Positions 7,747 through 16,953 of a stretch of DNA of 21,894 nt are shown here, one piece after another (position 1 is the stretch's first letter; every line of letters starts with the position of its first letter). The DNA lies in assembly GCA_965369655.1 (NCBI GenBank), contig CBDUQR010000045.1, positions 1 through 21,894 on the forward strand, written 5' to 3'. A program made the position numbers and the translations under genes. Source of the stretch: an uncultured bacterium. Lineage in GTDB: Bacteria > Zixibacteria > MSB-5A5 > JAABVY01 > JAHJOQ01. The notes under the pieces are model-generated. The model was not told the DNA's origin and searched no databases. It saw only the letters and a program-made list of their open reading frames with translations.

Positions 7747-7947
7747 GAATTTATGCGCGTGATCGGATATGTCAAACAGTTCATTGTTGTGGCAGGTCTT
7801 GCGAATCCGTGCCAGCGGATTTGTGTGACCTGCCGCGTTTCTTTGTCATGTACTTGTGTGTCAGGTCACAATCCCGCCTACGCGGGATCAAGACCTGACA
7901 CAACAGAGAATTCGCGTGATTGGATATGTCAAATAGTAACGCTCATT
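7747..7947. repeat. Inverted hairpin doublet (7785-7905) flanked by direct repeats (7747-7785 and 7908-7947)
   Basis: Outer arm TGTTGTGGCAGGTCTTG matches the reverse complement of 7889-7905 at 16/17. Direct repeat core CGCGTGATYGGATATGTCAAAYAGT at 7756-7780 and 7913-7937 matches at 23/25. Confidence 0.9.
7748..7775 (-). promoter_or_regulatory. Candidate promoter for ABC-F, nearly leaderless
   Basis: TTGACA (7775-7770), 16 bp, TAAATT (7753-7748), 8 nt, ATG 7739; no Shine-Dalgarno. Confidence 0.55.
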
Positions 7948-10045
7948 CCGGGCTGGTCTGCTCGGAGCGTCCGGACCTCGCGACAAACATCTCGACTGCG
8001 ATCAGACCGAGCGAGGCAAGCAGAAAGAGATGCCAGACCTCGCGCCCGTGGCGATTCTCATGAATCACATCGGCGAATTGGCTGTCATTCGGATCCAATA
8101 CGGTCGAGTTGTACTCAGGTATCCGCCCCGCTATCCCGCCCAAGTCAAGGTAGTGCTGGACAGTCTCATCGGTATTGATATTCAACGCAAACATCTCCGC
8201 TGTCGTATCCGATGCCAGAATCCGGTATATACCCGGAATCAGTGCATCCCGTGTAGAGAAATAAGACGTCCTGCCGGAGAATTTTGGAGTGATGAATCTT
8301 CTCTCACCTGCCGGATCGAGCAGTTCAGCCTTTTGACCCGGTGTGACTCCTGCCAACATTCGATCATTCGTCTCTCCAACCAGTTGGCTCCCGGACATTC
8401 TCGTCATATCCGAGGCGAGGTACTCGATCGTCCTGTTGATGAATGTGACGAATAGCGAGTGCCTGACAAACTCGCTCGATTCGGCCTTGATATCTCCCGC
8501 GAACAGTACTGCTTTCCCTTGTCCCCAGTCTGATTCGAGTATCGCTGGATCCCCGGATGAGTATCGCCCCAGAATCCTGACTTTGTCGCCCCCCCTTATT
8601 CTGGTTATCCGCGCGAATCTGATCTCCGGCAGTTTCTCCAGATCGGTGTACCTCGAAAATATCGGATGCGACACTGCGAAGTTTTCGAGCGAATAGTAGC
8701 CCGATCCGCCCTCCACCATCCGACTACCCAGAAGCTGGGCATCGAAATATCGTTTGAGTACTCGATAGTTATAGAACTTCTGATCCCCGTCGGGCGGCAC
8801 GAACAGTAGAATGTTTCCTCCCGAGCTGACGAACTTGTCTATTGCAGAGAAAGCCGATTCAGACAGGTATTCCACTGCGTTCAGCACGATGCAGTCATAA
8901 GCGAAAAGGTCCTCGCGGGGCAAAGAGCCGAGGCCGATCGACCTGATTTCTATCTGAGTCGGCGTGTCCGACTGCGGTTTCACCGCAAGTTTGATGTAGA
9001 GATTGTCTTCCTCGGCATTCCCAATCGCGAGCACCCTGATTGCACGGGGGATGTTCAGCGTGAAGTAGAACCTGTTATCGCCGAGGATGGCATCATCGGG
9101 CAGTTCGACATAGCCGTGGTGGAACCCGGGATTCTCAAATGTATGCATGAACTCGACCTGCGCCTCGCCTGACGCGGGAATATCAATATCGGTCTGGCTG
9201 ACCCGTTTGCCGTCGATGAAAAGACTCGCAAGAATTCCATCGACTCTCGCAGGGTTATCATTCGCCGCCAGACACGCTATCTGAACCGGTCGGTCCGGGT
9301 AGACGAGCTGCCTGCCGAAATCGAGAGACTTGACCTTGATGTTGTCAGGTTCCGGATCGACCACCGGTACAAAGTATAGAGCCGCCATCTCTGGCAATGG
9401 ATTTATGTTACCTATGCCGGAGAATGTCGCCCAGCCATACTCGGAGAAATCCGAGATCACATACATCTCGCGGATGGAATTCATGGACTGCGACAGGAAT
9501 TCATGAGCCTTAGTCAGCGCCTGTCGGGGATTGGTCGACAGATATGATACTTCGGATTCACGGATCGCTCTCTCGACCACGGAAGCATCCAGATGAAATT
9601 TGTCACCAGACGTCTCCAGTCCGGAGTTGTATGTTGCGAACAGAATCTCGTCCCCCTCCCTGAACACATCGAGAAGATTGAGAGCAAAATCGCGCCCCGA
9701 TTCAAACAGTGTGCCGTCCCTCGTCTCCGCAGTCATCGACAGCGAATTATCCAGAAGGATTACCGCAGAAGTCCTGGCTGCCGATCCGAAACCGGATGAA
9801 TAATCGCCTTTGAGCGTGGGGCGCGCGAATGCCGCAACAATCGCCAGCACGATGAGCATCCTGAGAATGAGCAGCAGTAACTGCCTTATCCTGAGACGTC
9901 TCATGCGGGTTTTTTGCAGGCTTTTCAGATACCGGAGCGATGAGAACATGACAACCTTCACCCTGTGCCTGTTGAGCAAATGCACAAGGATCGGGACGAG
10001 CGCGAATGCGCCGAACAGAAGAAGCAGACTATTGAGAAATCCCAT
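7943..10045 (-). CDS. BatA-domain / vWA membrane protein
   Basis: N-terminal PILVHLLNR...FSSLRYL...LLLLILRML...AFARP (BatA domain), LLDNSLSM MIDAS motif, Ig-like region ending DNRFYF, C-terminal transmembrane helix. Confidence 0.88.
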   Translation of the reverse strand: MGFLNSLLLLFGAFALVPILVHLLNRHRVKVVMFSSLRYLKSLQKTRMRRLRIRQLLLLILRMLIVLAIVAAFARPTLKGDYSSGFGSAARTSAVILLDNSLSMTAETRDGTLFESGRDFALNLLDVFREGDEILFATYNSGLETSGDKFHLDASVVERAIRESEVSYLSTNPRQALTKAHEFLSQSMNSIREMYVISDFSEYGWATFSGIGNINPLPEMAALYFVPVVDPEPDNIKVKSLDFGRQLVYPDRPVQIACLAANDNPARVDGILASLFIDGKRVSQTDIDIPASGEAQVEFMHTFENPGFHHGYVELPDDAILGDNRFYFTLNIPRAIRVLAIGNAEEDNLYIKLAVKPQSDTPTQIEIRSIGLGSLPREDLFAYDCIVLNAVEYLSESAFSAIDKFVSSGGNILLFVPPDGDQKFYNYRVLKRYFDAQLLGSRMVEGGSGYYSLENFAVSHPIFSRYTDLEKLPEIRFARITRIRGGDKVRILGRYSSGDPAILESDWGQGKAVLFAGDIKAESSEFVRHSLFVTFINRTIEYLASDMTRMSGSQLVGETNDRMLAGVTPGQKAELLDPAGERRFITPKFSGRTSYFSTRDALIPGIYRILASDTTAEMFALNINTDETVQHYLDLGGIAGRIPEYNSTVLDPNDSQFADVIHENRHGREVWHLFLLASLGLIAVEMFVARSGRSEQTSPE

Positions 10046-10054
10046 GGTGTGTAG

Positions 10055-11947
10055 CTACCTGCCGACTGAGTATGGCTCCGACATATACTTGTCGGCCTCC
10101 TCGCGGAACAGAAACCCGCCGGGCGTATCGTGCACCATCCTGTAGTATTCGAGCGCTGTCTGCCGTTCGCCCTTCAGATCATAGGCCTGACCCATCGCGA
10201 GAGCCATCCTGCCGACGTAGAACTTGCGCTCCTCCACAAATAGCGCCATATCGAGATGCTCGATTGCGGTGTCAGCCTGTCCGAGATAAATGAACGCTTC
10301 CGCAGCACGCATATACATCAGCGGCTTTGGCGTTTCGCCTGTCATGAGCCTTTTGGCGCCGTTGAGTGCCGAAACAAAATACGTCTCGGATGAATCCTCA
10401 TCGCCCAGAGCCCTTAGGCAGAGGCCGATGCCGAGATGAGCATCGATTACAATATCATCCGTGAGCGAAATCTCGGCGGAGCGCTTGTAATGCTCGATCG
10501 CGCCCGAGTAGTCACCCTGGTACTGCAGGATGCGGCCTTCCTTGTATTCCAATACAGCCAGCGTGGAGTCGAGTGAGATCACCTTGTCGTAGTATTCGAG
10601 CGCCCCGTCTATCTCACCAGTCATCAGCAGCATATTGCCGAACACCACAAGATCAGCCGGTTTGACGTCATCCTCACCGAGCCTCAGCCCATAGTATGCC
10701 TGTGCCCTGTCGTAATTCCCGGTCAGATAGTAGTGATTACCCAGTTCTTCCATCTGCGAGGCGCTCCCGCCGGTGACGGCAAATCGCCTCTCCATCAGCG
10801 CAATGGCTTCGTCGTACTTCCGCAGACGAGAGAGTCTCTGTGAATAGAACCTGAACCAGCCGGTTTCGATCTTGAGAGTGTCGAGATACTGTTTCCAGTC
10901 CGCAGTGAGGGAGTCGATGGGTCTTCCGTATGTCGCAAAGAGATCCTCCGATGCCGTCAGATCGGTCGAACTCATATAGAACTGCTTGAATTGCGAGATC
11001 CCGTACGTTTTGACGAGATAGCCGCAGAACGATCCGGCGAATCTCCTGAGCATAATCTTGTCATCGCTACTGAGATATGAGTTGGTCGCGAAGTAGTCAC
11101 TCAAATCGGGAATCGGATTTGTCTTTGTGTAGTCGCGGATATAGAAGTCATTGAAGTCCGGAACCGATGATATGCCCTCGACGAAGAAACGTGGCGCGTA
11201 TCCCCAGAATTTGTAGAACCGCAGCATGTTGACTGGCAGTGAAGACACCGTTTTTTCGTCGTGGTTGTAAACACACATCACGTTGTTCTTCACCGGATCG
11301 ATGTGAAATCCCCACAGCTTGTCGTATTGATACGAGGTATGTCTGCATGGAAGCAGGTAGAAATTGATCGGATGCGATTCCTGGAACTTGTACATTTTGT
11401 ACAGTATGTCGACTTCGCGCTCGAGATATGATCGCAGCGAATTCCAGTGGTAGTCGCCGAGACTGAACGGCACAAAAAACATCTGGAAGTGAGGTGCCGG
11501 GTCTGACGTGAAAACATCGGCATCCGAAGGATCATATCCGCAGTCATTGCCTGAGTCGACTATTTTCAATGGACTAATCGAAAGCCTGAAAATCGATCCG
11601 TTTCTGACGATGACCGAATCGACAATGACGGGCAGGCCGAACGGCACGGTGAAGGTCCTGAAGTATTTCTGCGAGTTGGGGCCGGATGTAATCATCTCAA
11701 TCCGAAGGTCGGCCCCATCCTCCGAGTAGGATATTACCGACAGGTCGGTGACGACGTTCGCCAGCCGACTCGTAAGAGTGGCATCGAGGGGAACCAGGAC
11801 CGTGTCTGTCGCAACCGGCACGGCTGAGGTATCCGGCAGCCTCTGCAGGAGTGAAATTTCTACCTGCAGCGCATCTTCGGCTGTGGCTATGCCGCTGACG
11901 ATCAGCAGGCTTAGGATGATGGCGACTATTCGGTGATAAGCAGTCAT
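10055..11947 (-). CDS. Exported tetratricopeptide-repeat protein with a peptidase-MA-like middle region
   Basis: Signal peptide (…GIATA), PRFFVEG and SFCGYLVKTYG segments, several TPR-like repeats in the C-terminal ~260 aa. Confidence 0.75.
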   Translation of the reverse strand: MTAYHRIVAIILSLLIVSGIATAEDALQVEISLLQRLPDTSAVPVATDTVLVPLDATLTSRLANVVTDLSVISYSEDGADLRIEMITSGPNSQKYFRTFTVPFGLPVIVDSVIVRNGSIFRLSISPLKIVDSGNDCGYDPSDADVFTSDPAPHFQMFFVPFSLGDYHWNSLRSYLEREVDILYKMYKFQESHPINFYLLPCRHTSYQYDKLWGFHIDPVKNNVMCVYNHDEKTVSSLPVNMLRFYKFWGYAPRFFVEGISSVPDFNDFYIRDYTKTNPIPDLSDYFATNSYLSSDDKIMLRRFAGSFCGYLVKTYGISQFKQFYMSSTDLTASEDLFATYGRPIDSLTADWKQYLDTLKIETGWFRFYSQRLSRLRKYDEAIALMERRFAVTGGSASQMEELGNHYYLTGNYDRAQAYYGLRLGEDDVKPADLVVFGNMLLMTGEIDGALEYYDKVISLDSTLAVLEYKEGRILQYQGDYSGAIEHYKRSAEISLTDDIVIDAHLGIGLCLRALGDEDSSETYFVSALNGAKRLMTGETPKPLMYMRAAEAFIYLGQADTAIEHLDMALFVEERKFYVGRMALAMGQAYDLKGERQTALEYYRMVHDTPGGFLFREEADKYMSEPYSVGR

Positions 11948-11984
11948 ATTCAGACCTTGTTACAGTTAGTACAGCACGATTGTT

Positions 11985-12722
11985 TCAGGCGCCGTCGTCG
12001 ACCACCAGCCTTCCGTTGTCCCAGTATGGGATCAAACCGATTGAATCGACCTGCGCAGCAAAATCGATGTCGGCCGAGAAGCCGAGCGACACAAGATATC
12101 GCCCGTGATCCGAGTTTCGCAGCGCTGATGCAAGGCTCGATTTCCGCTCCTCGTACAATGCCAACGCCACGACTGCGGCGTCGTTAGCCGATTCAGCGCG
12201 GTCAGCCAGGCCGGAAATTATCATGCCGCCACACAGCGTGTCCTCGAGTGAGAAATGCAACTCTCGCCCTGAACATACTATCGCGATATCATTACCGACA
12301 GACGCAATTCTCTCCACAACGTTCGAAACATTCACAAACGAAGCCGCCATACACTCCTCGCCACCGGAGCCAGGTACCAGCGCCCTGGAACCATTTGTCG
12401 AAGCCAGTATGATAACTTTTCCGCGTACAATATCCTCGGTGAACTCGTACGGTGAATTGCCGAGATCGAATCCATCGACCTTGTATCCCTGCCGCTCTCC
12501 GGCGAGGAGCACGACATCGCGATCAAGATTGGCCAGAAGGCTTGTAGCATCGCCGATCGACTCAACAGGGATGATCTCCCGGCAACCGCTTCTGAATGCT
12601 GCGCATGCTGTCGTGCACGCACGCAGTACATCAATCACGACTACAGTCTTGCCCCTCACATCCTCCTCGGTCAATCCTGCGTATGTGAAAAACAGTTCTA
12701 TCTTCATTCGTTTGTTGGTCAT
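11985..12722 (-). CDS. comB: 2-phosphosulfolactate phosphatase family protein (alternative start 12707)
   Basis: VVVIDVLRA, GER.G.KVDGFDLGNSP, STNGS, SLEDTLCGG; ATGA overlap with gcvT. Confidence 0.9.
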   Translation of the reverse strand: MTNKRMKIELFFTYAGLTEEDVRGKTVVVIDVLRACTTACAAFRSGCREIIPVESIGDATSLLANLDRDVVLLAGERQGYKVDGFDLGNSPYEFTEDIVRGKVIILASTNGSRALVPGSGGEECMAASFVNVSNVVERIASVGNDIAIVCSGRELHFSLEDTLCGGMIISGLADRAESANDAAVVALALYEERKSSLASALRNSDHGRYLVSLGFSADIDFAAQVDSIGLIPYWDNGRLVVDDGA

Positions 12723-13822
12723 CGGTGTGATCCATGCTTATAGAAAGGCGGCTTGACTACAACCGCCGGAATATTCTTTCCTCTTATCATCACCGCGAGT
12801 TCGGTTCCGACCTTTGTGAAACCGTGCTTCACATATCCGAGGCCGATTCCCTTCTGAAGCGACGGTGAAAAGCAGCCGGATGTCACAGCGCCGATTTTCG
12901 CGTCACCAACATAAATCTCATAATCCTTGCGAGGAATAGCGCGCTCCCGCATTTCAAACGCGACCAGGCGCGAGGGGGGCTTCTCCTTTTTCATCGTCGC
13001 GATTGCCTCTCGCCCGATGAAATCTCCCTTGTCGAGCTTTATGATCCAGCCAAGACCGGCCGAGATCGGGTTTGTCATCTGATCGATGTCATTGCCGTAT
13101 AGCATGTATTTCATTTCGAGCCGCAGAGAATCCCTCGCTCCCAGACCGACCGGCCCGGCATTTAGTTCACCAGCAGCACTCATGACTTTGTCCCAGATGT
13201 CGGGGCATATGTCTGGAGGCACGTACATCTCGAACCCATCCTCACCGGTGTATCCTGTCCGCGAAATCAACACATCATGGCCGCCGATCTTCACCTTCGC
13301 AGCCCAGTAAAAAGCGAGCGAGCCGAGATCGTAGTCAGTCAGCTTCGCGACAAGACGCTGCGCGTCGGGACCCTGTACGGCGATCAACCCAAGATCATCG
13401 GATCTGTTTTCGAGACGCACATCGCCCTGAAGTTGCGATTCGAGCCAGGTTAAGTCCTTGTCCAAACATGCGGCATTCACGACCAGCATGTAGTGGTCGG
13501 GCAGCCGGTACACAAGAATGTCATCGACAATCCCGCCATCTTCATAGCACATGCAACTATATTGCACCTGCCACTCGGCAAGAGCTGAGACATCGTTGAC
13601 AGTCACTCTCTGCAGGAAACTCTCGGCATCGCTGCCCGTGACAATGAACTCCCCCATGTGCGAGAGATCAAACACGCCTGCGCTCCTGCGAACGAGAAGG
13701 TGCTCCTCGTTGATCGACGAATACATGACCGGCATTTTGTAGCCGGCAAAATCGACCATCCGGGCATTCAGTGCGACATGCTTGTCGTACAGAGGTGTTT
13801 TCTTCGCTTCCCCCTGCGACAT
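12719..13822 (-). CDS. gcvT: Glycine cleavage system aminomethyltransferase T
   Basis: KTPLY, FDLSHMGE, SRTGYTGEDGFE, GLGARDSLRLE. Confidence 0.96.
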   Translation of the reverse strand: MSQGEAKKTPLYDKHVALNARMVDFAGYKMPVMYSSINEEHLLVRRSAGVFDLSHMGEFIVTGSDAESFLQRVTVNDVSALAEWQVQYSCMCYEDGGIVDDILVYRLPDHYMLVVNAACLDKDLTWLESQLQGDVRLENRSDDLGLIAVQGPDAQRLVAKLTDYDLGSLAFYWAAKVKIGGHDVLISRTGYTGEDGFEMYVPPDICPDIWDKVMSAAGELNAGPVGLGARDSLRLEMKYMLYGNDIDQMTNPISAGLGWIIKLDKGDFIGREAIATMKKEKPPSRLVAFEMRERAIPRKDYEIYVGDAKIGAVTSGCFSPSLQKGIGLGYVKHGFTKVGTELAVMIRGKNIPAVVVKPPFYKHGSHR

Positions 13823-13823
13823 G

Positions 13824-15749
13824 TCAGTTCCTGGCTTTCGTGTAGTTCAGGAGCCCGCCTTCGCACAGGATTCCGACCTGCCGATCCGACAGATCGTACG
13901 TGGCCGTGAACTCATAACCCTGCGTCTCGTTGACAACCGTCAGGTCCTTTCCACTCCGAAGCTTCGCAGGCACATCATCGATCCTGAGCATGTCGTCCTG
14001 CTTGATCCTACTGTAATCATCTTCATTGCTGAACTGCAGCGGGATAATCCCGAAATTGACCAGGTTAGTCTTGTGGATTCGTGCGAAAGACCTGACCAGC
14101 ACGAATCTCAGGCCGAGATACATCGGAGCCAGCGCCGCATGTTCGCGCGACGACCCCTGACCGTAGTTGTCACCGCCGATAACAGCCGATGAGCCGGCTT
14201 CCTTCGCGCGAGTAGCGAAAGTCTCATCGACGTAGAAATAAACGAATTCCGATATTTTAGGGATGTTCGAGCGAAGCGGAAGAATCTTCGCGCCCGCAGG
14301 CATGATATGGTCGGTCGTTATATTGTCTCCCAGTACGAGCAGCACTTTACTCGAAATTGAATCGGGCATAGCATCACGGGTCGGCAACGGGGCGATATTC
14401 GGACCGCGTTTGATCTCGACCTTCTCGGGCTTTCTCGATGGTTTCAGAATACTCCGGTCATCGACGAGGAAACTCTTTGGCAAACGAATCTTCGGAAACT
14501 CGCCCAACTTCCTCGGATCCGCAATCTTTCCCTTGATCGCCGCTGCTACGCATGTTTCGGGCGATGCGAGATATACCTGCGCGTCTTTGGTGCCAGACCT
14601 GCCGACGAAGTTCCGGTTGAAACTCCGCACCGACACACCGCCTGACGGGGGCGACTGCCCCATCCCGATACACGGTCCGCACGCCGATTCGAGAATCCTT
14701 GCGCCTGCGGCTATCATATTCGATAACGATCCGTTGTCAGTCGCCATCCTGAACACCTGCTTCGATCCGGGCGAGATCGTCAGGGAGACATTCTGCGAAA
14801 TGGTCTTGTCCTCCAGCGCAGCACCGACCAACGTCAGATCCTTCAGAGATGAATTCGTGCAGGAGCCGATGCAAACCTGGACGACTTCCGTCCCTGCAAC
14901 CTCACGAACCGGCACAACACTGTCGGGTGAATGCGGTTGCGCGATCAGTGGTTCGAGCTTGTCCAGATCGATCTCGACGAGTTGATCGTAATCGGCATCA
15001 TCGTCGGGACCCAACTCCTTGAACGCCTTGCCGCGATCCTGTGCCTCGAGAAATTTCTTCGTCATTTTATCAGCAGGAAACACCGATGTCGTCGCGCCTA
15101 ACTCAGCGCCCATATTGGTGATAGTCGCTCTTTCCGGTACTGATAGCGATGCCACACCGGGTCCGCAATATTCGATGATATTTCCTACGCCGCCCTTGAC
15201 TGTAAGTATCTGCAGCACTTTCAGGATAATGTCTTTGGCCGAAACCCAGGGCCGAAGCTTGCCAGTCAATTTCACTCCGACAACTCTCGGACACGGCAGG
15301 TAGAACGGCCCACCGCCCATAGCGACAGCGACATCGAGACCACCCGCCCCCATCGCGATCATACCGAGCCCGCCCGCTGTCGGGGTGTGCGAGTCGGAGC
15401 CAAGCAGGGTCATCCCCGGCACAGCGAACCGTTCGAGATGGACCTGATGGCAAATACCGTTCCCCGGTCGAGAGAAATAGATCCCGTACTTCGACGCCAC
15501 CGATTGCAGATAGAGATGATCGTCCGCATTCTCGAAACCACTCTGCAATGTGTTATGATCGACATACGACACCGACAGTTTCGTTTTGACCTTCTTCAGA
15601 CCAAGCGCCTCGAACTGAAGATACGCCATCGTGCCGGTCGCATCCTGCGTCAGTGTTTGATCGATTCTGACCCCTATCTCGGTTCCGGGTTTCAGTTCAC
15701 CATCGACTAAGTGTTTCTTGAGAATCTTGTATGTCAATGTCTGTGCCAT
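13824..15749 (-). CDS. Aconitate hydratase (short, 641 aa type)
   Basis: QDATGT, GICHQVH, GSDSHT, IGSCTN, CGPCIGMG, FNRNF, TDHI, GQGSSREHA; AGGAGG Shine-Dalgarno. Confidence 0.93.
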   Translation of the reverse strand: MAQTLTYKILKKHLVDGELKPGTEIGVRIDQTLTQDATGTMAYLQFEALGLKKVKTKLSVSYVDHNTLQSGFENADDHLYLQSVASKYGIYFSRPGNGICHQVHLERFAVPGMTLLGSDSHTPTAGGLGMIAMGAGGLDVAVAMGGGPFYLPCPRVVGVKLTGKLRPWVSAKDIILKVLQILTVKGGVGNIIEYCGPGVASLSVPERATITNMGAELGATTSVFPADKMTKKFLEAQDRGKAFKELGPDDDADYDQLVEIDLDKLEPLIAQPHSPDSVVPVREVAGTEVVQVCIGSCTNSSLKDLTLVGAALEDKTISQNVSLTISPGSKQVFRMATDNGSLSNMIAAGARILESACGPCIGMGQSPPSGGVSVRSFNRNFVGRSGTKDAQVYLASPETCVAAAIKGKIADPRKLGEFPKIRLPKSFLVDDRSILKPSRKPEKVEIKRGPNIAPLPTRDAMPDSISSKVLLVLGDNITTDHIMPAGAKILPLRSNIPKISEFVYFYVDETFATRAKEAGSSAVIGGDNYGQGSSREHAALAPMYLGLRFVLVRSFARIHKTNLVNFGIIPLQFSNEDDYSRIKQDDMLRIDDVPAKLRSGKDLTVVNETQGYEFTATYDLSDRQVGILCEGGLLNYTKARN

Positions 15750-15790
15750 GCTGACCTCCTGCGCAGTTATCTTGAAAAAACCTGTCGGCT

Positions 15791-15819
15791 AAGATCGGTT
15801 CAGCCTTCCGAATTGTCAA
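15791..15819 (-). promoter_or_regulatory. Candidate promoter for the aconitase operon
   Basis: TTGACA (15819-15814), 17 bp, GATCTT (weak -10). Confidence 0.35.
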
Positions 15820-15997
15820 TTGGTTTCTGGGTGACCTCCCGTTAAGCCGGATCAACACCTCGCCATTCGGCGACCAACATCGAATCTCCTGCGCCGAGAT
15901 AGCGATTGACATCCGTCCGAACTGCTCTTTCTTGAGCATCATGTTCACAGCGTTTCGCCCATTTTCTGCTCGAATACGTTACTCCTGAGGTGCATGC

Positions 15998-16927
15998 GTG
16001 AATCACACGACTGACGCCGATTCCGCATCATCGCGCAGGACCGGTTACTTGCTCGCCCTGTTCTCATCGATGTCATCAGCGGGCACGACAGTCGTCGGTA
16101 AGTGGAACCTGGCCCATATCCAGCCTCTCGTGATGAACGGATTCATTTTCAGCATCGCGACTGTCATACTCGCGTTTGTGACACTTTTCTCAAACGGATT
16201 CAGAGCCGCATTCAGGCAGACCAGACAGGGCTGGTTCTGGCTTGCGATGTTCACCGCCTGTTCATGGCTCGCCATCTGGGCATTCTGGGCGGGAGTGCAG
16301 AAAATGGACCCGTCTTTGGCCGCATTTATCAACAGGCTCGAAGTACTCATAGCCATCACTCTCGGAATCATCTTCCTCGGCGAGAGATTGAACCGAATCG
16401 AGACACTCGGCGCAGTCGTGTCCGTAGTCGGGATCATCGTTATGAAAATGACACTGAGAATCGAATACTCTGAGGGCTTCTGGCTCGTCCTGATCGGCGC
16501 AATACTCTTCGGAGTGACGGAATTCGTCTCGAAAGTAGCGGTTAAACATGTCGATCCGGTCGCGCTCGCGTTCGTGCGAAACATGTTTCTCGCCGTAATG
16601 TACTGGATTGTTGTACTCGCGGGCGGAATCAGTTTTGATGGTATCGGACGCGTCTGGATCGGAGTGCTGGCTCTCGGTCTGCTCGGACCGGTCATGGCGA
16701 GAATGGCATATCTCCTCGCCCTGAAGAGAATCGAGCTTTCCAAAGTGGCTGTAATCAGCCAGAGTCAGCCGGTGTTCGTAATCATTATCGCGCTTCTCGC
16801 ACTCGGCCAGCTTCCATCGGTGAAAGAGATCTATGGGGGTGTTCTCCTGACGGCCGGATGCCTGATCATGATCCTGTCACGGCAACTGCGCGGGCTGAGA
16901 AACAACAGATCAGCTTCCAGGCTGTGA
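15998..16927 (+). CDS. DMT/EamA family transporter
   Basis: About 10 hydrophobic segments in two repeats, FLGER motif, GAGGTG before the GTG start. Confidence 0.9.
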   Translation: MNHTTDADSASSRRTGYLLALFSSMSSAGTTVVGKWNLAHIQPLVMNGFIFSIATVILAFVTLFSNGFRAAFRQTRQGWFWLAMFTACSWLAIWAFWAGVQKMDPSLAAFINRLEVLIAITLGIIFLGERLNRIETLGAVVSVVGIIVMKMTLRIEYSEGFWLVLIGAILFGVTEFVSKVAVKHVDPVALAFVRNMFLAVMYWIVVLAGGISFDGIGRVWIGVLALGLLGPVMARMAYLLALKRIELSKVAVISQSQPVFVIIIALLALGQLPSVKEIYGGVLLTAGCLIMILSRQLRGLRNNRSASRL

Positions 16928-16953
16928 CAGATTCAATTTATACAGCTGCATGT

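Noticed and set aside
7740-7784. N-terminal extension of ABC-F from ATG 7784
   Set aside because: It spans the candidate promoter and duplicated segment; ABC similarity begins at ATG 7739.
15906-15934. Plus-strand TTGACA as the EamA promoter
   Set aside because: No acceptable -10 element at 16-18 bp spacing.
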